Positions 56,358 through 64,000 of a stretch of DNA of 64,000 nt are shown here, in pieces. This DNA is from an uncultured Gemmatimonadales bacterium (GTDB taxonomy: Bacteria > Gemmatimonadota > Gemmatimonadetes > Gemmatimonadales > GWC2-71-9). The notes below the pieces were generated by a model. That model saw only the letters and a program-made list of their open reading frames with translations. It was not told the DNA's origin and did no database searches. A program made the translations under genes and the position numbers. The stretch covers positions 160,001 through 224,000 of the forward strand of contig CAWCFX010000004.1 of the NCBI GenBank assembly GCA_963795085.1. Direction: 5' to 3'. Every line of letters starts with the position of its first letter. Position 1 is the stretch's first letter.

Positions 56358-57188
56358 TCAGTGATTTTTCTTCCGGCGGGAGACTTCGTCCAGGAACCGG
56401 CGTTCGTCGGCGGTCAGGCTTCCAATACCCTGCTCGTTGATCTTGTCCAGCACCCGGTCCAATTCTACCGCCTGGGGGTCGGCTGCCGGCCGCGGTGCCG
56501 GCCGCGGCTGCTCCGCCTGGTGCTCGGTGTCGCGGTGGCTCTGAACCATCACGACCCGCTCGACCTGCCGCTCCGGCGGCAGGGGGGCCTTCCGGGAGAG
56601 GGCCTGGATCCGGAAGAAGAGGTAGCCCGCCAACATGCCGCCCAGGTGCGCAAAGTGGGCGACCTTACCGGTGGGGCTGTTCATGAAAATCAGCCCGAAC
56701 AGCGCCGACGCGCCCGCCATGACCATGACCAGGGTACGGGCCCGGATCGGAATGGGAAAGGGGAACACCAGGATCTCGGCATCCGGCCAGAACATCGCAA
56801 AGGCCAGCGCGACACCGAGAACCGCACCCGAGGACCCGATGAACGGATCCACCCGGAAGAGGCCCGAGAGGCCGAGAGCGAAAATGGCCGCGCCGGCCCC
56901 GCAGTAGAGATAGTAGAGGAGGAAATTCCGGCCCCCCATCCGTTCCTCAACGGCCGTTCCGAAGAAGTACAGGGCGACCGAGTTGCCCAGAAGGTGGATC
57001 AGCCCGCCGTGCACGAACATGTAGGACAGAAAGGTCCAGGGACGGGTAAAGGCGCGCTGGAACACCGGCGTAAACTGGAGCACGTCGATCACCCGGCCCG
57101 ATGTCAGCACTGTCGCCAGCAGCAACGCCATGACGGCGTTCGCCACCAGCAACCGGCCGACCCAGGGTGTCATGCGGGGAAGCGCCAC
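56358..57188 (-). CDS. rhomboid intramembrane serine protease with C-terminal DUF6576-like tail
   Basis: HLLGN, GSSG, AHLGG, LDRVLDKINEQGIGSLT. Confidence 0.92.
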   Translation of the reverse strand: MALPRMTPWVGRLLVANAVMALLLATVLTSGRVIDVLQFTPVFQRAFTRPWTFLSYMFVHGGLIHLLGNSVALYFFGTAVEERMGGRNFLLYYLYCGAGAAIFALGLSGLFRVDPFIGSSGAVLGVALAFAMFWPDAEILVFPFPIPIRARTLVMVMAGASALFGLIFMNSPTGKVAHFAHLGGMLAGYLFFRIQALSRKAPLPPERQVERVVMVQSHRDTEHQAEQPRPAPRPAADPQAVELDRVLDKINEQGIGSLTADERRFLDEVSRRKKNH

Positions 57189-57235
57189 GTCCCTCTCCCG
57201 TTGCTATGCAGTGCCGGCAGGCACCCTGCCTGCCC

Positions 57236-58234
57236 TCATGAGATGGCGGACCGGCAGATCCGGTCGCACAGGTCCTCAAAGCTGATCCCCGCCGCCCGCG
57301 CCGCCTGCGGCAGCAGGCTCGTGGATGTCATCCCGGGAAGGGTATTGGCCTCCAGGCAGTACAGGCCGCCAGCCGGGTCGAGCCGGAAATCCACCCGCGA
57401 ATACCCGCCCAGCTTGAGCGAATGATGCGCCACCACCGCAAGCCTGGCGCATTCAGCCGCCACGGGATCCGGCAGGGAGGCCGGGAAGATCTCCTCCGAC
57501 ATGCCGGGGGTGTACTTGCATTCGTAATCGAAAATCTCGTGCCGGGGGATGATCTCTCCGACGGGGAGGGCCTCACCATCCAGCACCCCCACGGTCAATT
57601 CCCGCCCGGGCACAAACGCTTCGATCATGACCTCGGTGTCGTATTTGGCGGCCAGTTCAATTGCCGATCTGTAATCCCTGCCGTGCTTTACGACGCTGAG
57701 GCCGACCGTGGACCCCTGCCGGGACGGCTTGACCACCACGGGCCATCCCAGCGCCTTCTCCACGGTGCCGGCATCGGCCGGAGCCATCAGCCAGTCCGCC
57801 GTGAGTACCCCTGACGCCCGGAAGAGTCGCTTGGACACATCCTTGTCCATGGCGAGGCCACTCCCCAGCGGTCCGCTCCCGGTGTACGGCACCCCCAGGA
57901 TATCGAGGATCGTCTGGATGGTCCCATCCTCCCCTCTCCCGCCGTGAAGCGCCAGGAACAGGACCTCGGCGTCCCGCACCACCGCGAGATCCCGGAGCCC
58001 GGAAAGCAGAAACCCCTGCTCCAGCGCCGCCAGTTCTCCCGGAGACGGGGGCGCGGTGCCCACCCGCCCCGGCAGGAGGGATGGCTCATCCCGTTCCGGG
58101 ATGAATCCCCGGGCGGTGTCCACCACCGCGACCTGGTGTCCGGCGCCCCGGAGCGCCGCGATTACCTGGACCGCCGAGGCGAGAGCGACATCGCGCTCGG
58201 TCGAGGTTCCGCCCGTCAATACCGTTACCCGCAA
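57236..58234 (-). CDS. ddl: D-alanine--D-alanine ligase
   Basis: GGTSTERDV, LHGGRGEDG, KPSRQGST, EANTLPGMT; TTG start chosen after GGAG. Confidence 0.94.
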   Translation of the reverse strand: MRVTVLTGGTSTERDVALASAVQVIAALRGAGHQVAVVDTARGFIPERDEPSLLPGRVGTAPPSPGELAALEQGFLLSGLRDLAVVRDAEVLFLALHGGRGEDGTIQTILDILGVPYTGSGPLGSGLAMDKDVSKRLFRASGVLTADWLMAPADAGTVEKALGWPVVVKPSRQGSTVGLSVVKHGRDYRSAIELAAKYDTEVMIEAFVPGRELTVGVLDGEALPVGEIIPRHEIFDYECKYTPGMSEEIFPASLPDPVAAECARLAVVAHHSLKLGGYSRVDFRLDPAGGLYCLEANTLPGMTSTSLLPQAARAAGISFEDLCDRICRSAIS

Positions 58235-58292
58235 GGTGGTCGCTCCAGGAGGAAAGTGCTGTGAGATAGGCAGCATCCCGGCCGCCGGCGCA

Positions 58293-59681
58293 CTACCGGC
58301 TGCCGATCATGTGCTGGAGGACATCGTACCGGCTCACGATCCCTATGGTCTTTCCCGCCTGCTGCACCAGGACGGCCGGGCTCTCGCGGGTCAGCATGGC
58401 GGCCAGGCGATCTACCGTGACCGATGCTTCCACGATGGGAAAGGGCGGGTCCATGACTTCTCGCACCGGCCGGTCGAGCAGGGCCGGCTGGGCCAGGGCC
58501 CGGGTCATCAGGGTTCCCTCGGTCAACCCACCCACGCACTCGTCCTGCTCCATGACCGGGATCTGGCTGACTTCCCAGGTGCTCATGAGATTGAGCGCCT
58601 GGCGCACGCCGGCCGACGGGGCCAGGCTGACCAGGGCCGGGGCGGAACCGTCCCGGCGGCTCAGCAGGTCCTGCACGGTGGGCCGGGGCAGGTCCAGCAT
58701 CTGGTTTTCCTGCATCCACTCGTCGTTGAACACCTTCGAGAGGTAGCGCTCCCCCATATCGCAGATCAAGGTCACCACCATGGCCTCCGGGTCGTCGACT
58801 TCACGGGCCACCTGGAGCGCGAGGGCGACATTGTGCCCCGAGGACCCACCGGCGAGAATGCCCTCCTCGCGGGCCAGCCGCCTGGTCATGGCAAAGGCAT
58901 CGCGGTCCGGCAGCTGGCGGAATTCGTCCACCCAATCAAACCAGAGCGTCTCCGGAATCTTGTCGCCGCCAATGCCCTCCACCTTGTAGGGATGTCCGTC
59001 CCCCATGGTGCGGGTGCGGGAGTAGCCGGTATAGAGTGATCCCACCGGGTCTCCCGCGATGATCCGCACCTTCGGATTCTTCTCCTTGAGGTACTTCCCT
59101 GCCCCGCTGACGGTGCCGCCGGTGCCGGCGCCGATTACGACATGGGTGACCCGGCCGCCGGTCTGCTCCCAGATCTCCGGGCCTGTCGTGGCATAATGGG
59201 CCTCAGGGTTGACCTGGTTGTAGAACTGGTTGGCGAGCACCGCCCCGGGGGTGTCCCTCACGATCTGCTTCGCCTTCATGACATAGTGATCGGGATGGTT
59301 GGGGGGCACCGCGGTGGGCACCACGACCACTTCGGCGCCGAATGCCTTGAGGAGACGGACTTTCTCCTGGGACATCTTGTCGGGCATGGTGAAGATGCAG
59401 CGGTAGCCCCGGATCGCGGCCGCCATGGCGAGGGCCACGCCGGTGTTTCCGGACGTCCCTTCCACGATGGTGCCGCCGGGAGCCAGTGTGCCGCGTCGCT
59501 CGGCATCCTCGATGATCGCAATGCCGATGCGGTCCTTGACCGAACCGCCGGGGTTGGCGATCTCGGCCTTGCCGAGGACCGGCGTCCGGATTCCGGCCGA
59601 GATGCGGGAGAGCCGGATGAGCGGTGTCCAGCCGATGGTGTCGAGGATGGAGTCCACGGGCTGCCGGTTGGGATGAGTCAC
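58293..59681 (-). CDS. cystathionine beta-synthase (PLP domain plus CBS pair)
   Basis: NPGGSVKDR, TSGNTG, GTGGT, VEGIG, C-terminal CBS domains. Confidence 0.9.
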   Translation of the reverse strand: MTHPNRQPVDSILDTIGWTPLIRLSRISAGIRTPVLGKAEIANPGGSVKDRIGIAIIEDAERRGTLAPGGTIVEGTSGNTGVALAMAAAIRGYRCIFTMPDKMSQEKVRLLKAFGAEVVVVPTAVPPNHPDHYVMKAKQIVRDTPGAVLANQFYNQVNPEAHYATTGPEIWEQTGGRVTHVVIGAGTGGTVSGAGKYLKEKNPKVRIIAGDPVGSLYTGYSRTRTMGDGHPYKVEGIGGDKIPETLWFDWVDEFRQLPDRDAFAMTRRLAREEGILAGGSSGHNVALALQVAREVDDPEAMVVTLICDMGERYLSKVFNDEWMQENQMLDLPRPTVQDLLSRRDGSAPALVSLAPSAGVRQALNLMSTWEVSQIPVMEQDECVGGLTEGTLMTRALAQPALLDRPVREVMDPPFPIVEASVTVDRLAAMLTRESPAVLVQQAGKTIGIVSRYDVLQHMIGSR

Positions 59682-60067
59682 TGCGAGGCCCCGCTGGGTC
59701 GGGGCAGGCGGAACTGCACCGGTTGAGTGAAGGCGGTCCCCACCGGCCGCCCGTCCCGCTGGGCCGGCGCGAAGCGCATCCGGGGAATCCCGGCAACGGC
59801 GGCGGAATCGAACTCAGGATACCCGCTTGATTCGGCCACCCGGGTAGAATCGGCGATCACGCTGCCCTGCTCGTCCACGAACAACTGGAGCGTGACGGTA
59901 CCTTCGACCCCCTGCTGGTACAGCGCGGGAGGGTAGACGACCGGGGGCTCCGCATCGAGGGCCACCGGCGGTTCGTCCCGCCGCTGGGATTCTCCGTCCG
60001 GGCCCGGCTCGTCCCTGCCGCCGCACGCCACGAAGAGAATCAGAGAGAGGAGCAGGAACAGGCGCAT
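59678..60067 (-). CDS. TonB C-terminal domain lipoprotein
   Basis: Lipobox FVA-C; YPPAL...GVEGTV...SSG...FAPA...PVQF. Confidence 0.85.
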   Translation of the reverse strand: MRLFLLLSLILFVACGGRDEPGPDGESQRRDEPPVALDAEPPVVYPPALYQQGVEGTVTLQLFVDEQGSVIADSTRVAESSGYPEFDSAAVAGIPRMRFAPAQRDGRPVGTAFTQPVQFRLPRPSGASQ

Positions 60068-60092
60068 GCGATTCTCCAGGGTGCGGCGGCGT

Positions 60093-62675
60093 TCAGGCCG
60101 GGGTGCCGGCCCGGCGCTTGAGCGCGGCAAGATGGTTCAGGGCCTCCAGCGGGGTCATGCCGTCGACGTCGAGGTCGCGGAGTTCGTCCATCATGGGATG
60201 CCGGGCGCCCTCAGCAAAGAGGTGCAGCTGGCTGGGGTCGCGCCGTTCAGGCTCCCCGGGGACCATCCGATGCTCTCCCTCGAGCGTGCCCAGGATCTCG
60301 CCGGCGCGCAGGATGACGTCCCGGGGCAGTCCCGCCAGCTGGGCGACGTGGATGCCATAGGAGCGGTCGGTGCCCCCCGGCTCCAGCCGGTGCAGAAAGG
60401 TGACGCTGCCTTCCAGTTCCCGCACGGCGACGTTGAAGTTCCGGGCGTGCTGCAGCCGCTCGGGCAACTGCATCAACTCATGATAATGGGTCGCGAACAT
60501 CGTCTTGCAGCCGATGCGATCGTGCAGGTGCTCGGTGACGGCCCAGGCGATCGCGACCCCGTCATAGGTGGAGGTCCCGCGGCCGATCTCATCGAGCAGG
60601 ACCAGGCTGCGCGCGGTGGCGTTGTGCAGGATGGCGCTCGTCTCGCTCATTTCGACCATGAACGTGGACTGCCCCCGCGCCAGGTTGTCGCTGGCACCGA
60701 CCCGGGTGAACAGCCGGTCCGCCACGCCGATCCGGGCCGTGCGAGCCGGTACGAAGGAGCCGACCTGGGCCAGCAGCACGCAGAGGCCGATCTGCCGCAG
60801 GATCGTGGATTTGCCCGCCATATTGGGGCCGGTGACCAGCAGGACCCGGGCGGCCGGATCAAACGCGACATCGTTGGGAATGAACGACTCGCGCGCCATC
60901 AGGCGCTCGATCACCGGGTGCCGGCTGCCCTGGAGGACCAGTTCGAAACCGTCGGTTACCGTGGGGCGGACATAGCGCTCCCGTACCGCGACCTGGGCCA
61001 GCGCCGCGTACACGTCGAGCTGGCTCACGCGGCGGGCCGCCCCCTGGATCCGGCCCGTCTCGGCCGCGACGAACTGCCGGAGCTGGGTAAAGAGTTCGCT
61101 CTCCCGGCGGGCGATCTCGTCCTCCGCCCCGAGGACCCGGGCCTCGTACTGCTTGAGTTCCGGAGTGACAAAGCGCTCGGCGCCGGTCAAGGTCTGCCGC
61201 CGCTCATAATCCGCCGGAACCCGGCCGGCATGCGCGTTGGTGATCTCCAGGAAATAGCCAAAGACCTTGTTGAAGCCGACCTTGAGCGACGGAATTCCGG
61301 TCCGCTCCCGCTCCCGCTGTTGCAGGGAAGCGATGTATTGCTTGCCGCCGTCCCGGAGCTGCCGCAGTTCATCCAGCGCGGGATCAAACCCCGGCCGGAT
61401 GACTTCCCCATCGGCCAGCATCGCCGGCGGCCGCTCGGCCAGCGCGGCTCCGAGTTGGGCGGCGAGGTCGCCGAGGAGGTCGAAGCCGCCGGTGATCCCG
61501 GTCAGCAGCTGGCTCCGGTCGGCCCCGGCGAGCCCGGTGAGCGATGCGAGGACATCGGGCAGCCGGGTGAACGAGTCGCGAAGCGCGCCCATGTCGCGGG
61601 GGGTGGCCCGCCCCGCCGCGACCCGTCCGGTCAGCCGCTCGAGATCGCGTACCCCATCCAGGGCTTCCGTCAGGCGTTCCCTGCCCCGCGGGTCCTGGGC
61701 CAGCACTTCGACGGCGTCCAGGCGGGCGTTGATGGCCTCGGGGTCGCAGAGCGGAGAAAGCAGCCAGCGGCGGAGTAAGCGGGCGCCCATCGGCGTAACG
61801 GTCGCGTCCAGGGCCTCGAGCACGGTGGCCCCCCGGGCACCCGCGCGCAGGGGCTCCACCAGTTCCAGGTTCCGGCGGGTCATTTCGTCCAGCCAGAGGT
61901 GGCTCTCGCTGCGCCGCACCTGGGGCCGTGAGAGGTGCGGCAGGCCAGCCGGCTGCAGTTCCGCCAGGTACCGAAGCAGCGCGCCGGCGGCACCGATGGC
62001 CGGCCAGTCATCTGGAGCCAGCCCCAGGCCATCGAGCGAGGCAAGCGCGAATCGCTGGGCGAGCTCCGGCCGGGCCAGCTCGGCGTCGAATTCCCAGCGC
62101 TCCCGCTCGGTGCGCAGGACGCCTTCCAGCGGCCGGGTGAAATCCGGGGGGACCACCAGCTCGGCGGGCGCCACTCGCGCCAGCGCCTCGTCGATGGCGT
62201 CGGCGTCGATCGTCTCCAGGGTGAATTCGCCGGTGCTCAGGTCAATCGCGGCAAGGCCGGCCCGCTCGGAGCCGGTCGCCAGGGCGGCGAGAAAGTTGTT
62301 GCGGCTGCCGGCGATGAAGGATTCATCGAGGATGGCACCCGGAGTCACCGTTTCAACGACCTCCCGCCGCACGATGCCCTTGGCCAGCCGGGGATCCTCC
62401 ACCTGCTCGCAGATGGCGACCCGGTGGCCATTCTGGACCAGTTGGCGCAGATACTCAGTGGCGGCTTTGACGGGAACGCCGGCCAGCGGGACGCCGTCTC
62501 CTCGCGAGGTGAGCGTGATGCCGAGAACGCGAGAGGCGAGTTCCGCGTCCTCGTAGAACATTTCGTAAAAATCGCCCATCCGGAAGAACAGGATGGATCC
62601 CTGGTGCCGGGACTTGATCTCCCGGTACTGTTGAATCAGCGGCGTGCCTGCCGGCTCGGCCAGCCGTCCGGTCAT
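60093..62675 (-). CDS. mutS: DNA mismatch repair protein MutS
   Basis: FRMGDFYEMF, GPNMAGKST, STFMVE, DEIGRGT, SYGIHVA. Confidence 0.98.
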   Translation of the reverse strand: MTGRLAEPAGTPLIQQYREIKSRHQGSILFFRMGDFYEMFYEDAELASRVLGITLTSRGDGVPLAGVPVKAATEYLRQLVQNGHRVAICEQVEDPRLAKGIVRREVVETVTPGAILDESFIAGSRNNFLAALATGSERAGLAAIDLSTGEFTLETIDADAIDEALARVAPAELVVPPDFTRPLEGVLRTERERWEFDAELARPELAQRFALASLDGLGLAPDDWPAIGAAGALLRYLAELQPAGLPHLSRPQVRRSESHLWLDEMTRRNLELVEPLRAGARGATVLEALDATVTPMGARLLRRWLLSPLCDPEAINARLDAVEVLAQDPRGRERLTEALDGVRDLERLTGRVAAGRATPRDMGALRDSFTRLPDVLASLTGLAGADRSQLLTGITGGFDLLGDLAAQLGAALAERPPAMLADGEVIRPGFDPALDELRQLRDGGKQYIASLQQRERERTGIPSLKVGFNKVFGYFLEITNAHAGRVPADYERRQTLTGAERFVTPELKQYEARVLGAEDEIARRESELFTQLRQFVAAETGRIQGAARRVSQLDVYAALAQVAVRERYVRPTVTDGFELVLQGSRHPVIERLMARESFIPNDVAFDPAARVLLVTGPNMAGKSTILRQIGLCVLLAQVGSFVPARTARIGVADRLFTRVGASDNLARGQSTFMVEMSETSAILHNATARSLVLLDEIGRGTSTYDGVAIAWAVTEHLHDRIGCKTMFATHYHELMQLPERLQHARNFNVAVRELEGSVTFLHRLEPGGTDRSYGIHVAQLAGLPRDVILRAGEILGTLEGEHRMVPGEPERRDPSQLHLFAEGARHPMMDELRDLDVDGMTPLEALNHLAALKRRAGTPA

Positions 62676-63511
62676 GGCTGCTCGACGACGAAGGGCCCGC
62701 CGCCCAGCCGGGCCCGGATCTGCGAGGCCGCGGCTGCCGCGTCGGCGCGAGTCCCAAACCGGCCAACCCGTACCTTGATAAATCCACCCTCCCGCACGAT
62801 GTACGGCTCATACCCGGCGGTCCGAAGCTGATTCGCGGTCGCCTCGGCGGCCGCTTCCGTCCCGGCGGCCACGACCTGGACCGCAAACCGCCCCCCAGCC
62901 GCGAGTGGTGGCGCGGCGCCCGGCGAGATACCTGGAGAGGGAGCCGCCGGCTGAGTCGCGGCGGCCGATTCCGCCGAACAGCGGGGCGCATAGAAGTTGA
63001 GCTGGTTCTGCAGTTCGACGTCGTTGCCCGACTGGGCCAGTCCCTGGGCCAGCCAGCGGCAGGCTTCGGCGGTGTTTCGCATCTCAAAGTAGGCGCGCGC
63101 ACCCCAGAACCAGACCGTGGGAAGCAGTGGGCTGCTGGGATAGTCGGCCCGGATCCGCTCCAGGCCGCGAACGCTGGCGTCTGCCCTGCCCGCCCCGAAA
63201 TCCTCCTGCGCCAGGCCCAGGAGTGCGTCGTCGGCCCACGCCGAGCCGGCAAACTCCACGGCGACCCGTCGGAAATTCCGGCTCCTGTCGTTCGCGTCGC
63301 GCGCGACCAGCCCCATGGTGTAGACGATCTCCGGGTAGAGCGGATCGGTTTCCCGGGTGGCCGAGATCATCTCGGCGATCAGGGCGCGAGCCGAATCGCC
63401 GCCGCCATCCTGGGCCAGCCGGACCGCGGCGACCAGACGGCTGTCATCCTGCGCCCAGCCGGGCGAGGACCCGGCCAGCACGGCCAGACTCAACAGGGCC
63501 CATTGCTTCAT
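62672..63511 (-). CDS. TPR + SPOR domain exported protein
   Basis: Signal peptide MKQWALL, TPR helices, FAVQV...KVRVGRF. Confidence 0.85.
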   Translation of the reverse strand: MKQWALLSLAVLAGSSPGWAQDDSRLVAAVRLAQDGGGDSARALIAEMISATRETDPLYPEIVYTMGLVARDANDRSRNFRRVAVEFAGSAWADDALLGLAQEDFGAGRADASVRGLERIRADYPSSPLLPTVWFWGARAYFEMRNTAEACRWLAQGLAQSGNDVELQNQLNFYAPRCSAESAAATQPAAPSPGISPGAAPPLAAGGRFAVQVVAAGTEAAAEATANQLRTAGYEPYIVREGGFIKVRVGRFGTRADAAAAASQIRARLGGGPFVVEQP

Positions 63512-64000
63512 GCGGCTTCCCCCCAGCGATGTTCGGTCATCTGCAGCACCAGGTCCGTCACTACGGCCTGCTCGTCGGATATCCGGGTGTTCTTGAGCGC
63601 CTGGTCCGCCTGGAGGGCGGCGCGCACGCCTTTGCGAATCCATTCCATAGGCCAGCCCGGTGCCCACCGAGCCCACTTCTCGGACTCGGTACGCCAATCG
63701 CCCAGGCCAAAGGGCCGCAGGCTGAGCAGCATTGCCATCACCTTCTGCTGCAGGGCCCGGTTGCGCAGCCCCCGGTCAAAGTAGAGACGGGCCGTCGCCA
63801 GCCCAGCCAGGGACGATCCCAGGGTGGCGACCATCTTTACGCCGGACATACCAGGTTGGTTCAGCAGCGGGCCGATCATGGGAAGGGCCCGGGCAACGGC
63901 ACCCTCCATTACGTGGTCGCGCCATCCGGGGAGCGTCTCGCCTTGACGTACCCCGACGATGTCGGCCACGAACTCGAGGGTCACCGGCTGGGGGACCGCC
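63508..64000 (-). CDS. holA: probable DNA polymerase III delta subunit, C-terminal part (5' truncated)
   Basis: VADIVGVRQGET...ALQADQALKNT resembles the HolA C-terminus; only a partial sequence is visible. Confidence 0.6.
   Translation of the reverse strand, partial: AVPQPVTLEFVADIVGVRQGETLPGWRDHVMEGAVARALPMIGPLLNQPGMSGVKMVATLGSSLAGLATARLYFDRGLRNRALQQKVMAMLLSLRPFGLGDWRTESEKWARWAPGWPMEWIRKGVRAALQADQALKNTRISDEQAVVTDLVLQMTEHRWGEAA

Noticed and set aside
1..64000. CRISPR arrays, IS elements, prophage, rRNA, tRNA (including tRNA-Sec)
   Set aside because: No repeat-spacer arrays, transposase/integrase motifs or RNA signatures were recognised by eye; a tRNAscan-SE/Infernal run would be needed to exclude them.

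Overview
High-GC bacterial chromosomal window covering the replication-origin region. Gene content (GWxTD protein, TPR-tailed Ser/Thr kinases, SufR-led suf operon) suggests Gemmatimonadota; this is inference only. It holds dnaA-dnaN with a candidate oriC between them, the divergent rpmH-rnpA-yidD-yidC-mnmE operon, a displaced mnmG-parS-parA-parB-M23-bactofilin block, a sufR-sufBCDSU-bacilliredoxin operon, RNase P RNA, polA, mutS, ddl, cystathionine beta-synthase, ABC transporters and several envelope proteins. No mobile element, CRISPR array, rRNA or tRNA was recognised. The best hidden feature is a probable selenoprotein directly after mnmE (53877-54452), split in two by the ORF track: an in-frame TGA sits at the first position of a thioredoxin-type UxxC motif and is followed by a SECIS-like hairpin. 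Other signals include a DnaA-box/DnaA-trio unwinding element, two tandem parS sites, repeated leaderless-promoter signatures, a frameshifted BMP lipoprotein gene and a multiply frameshifted pseudogene.
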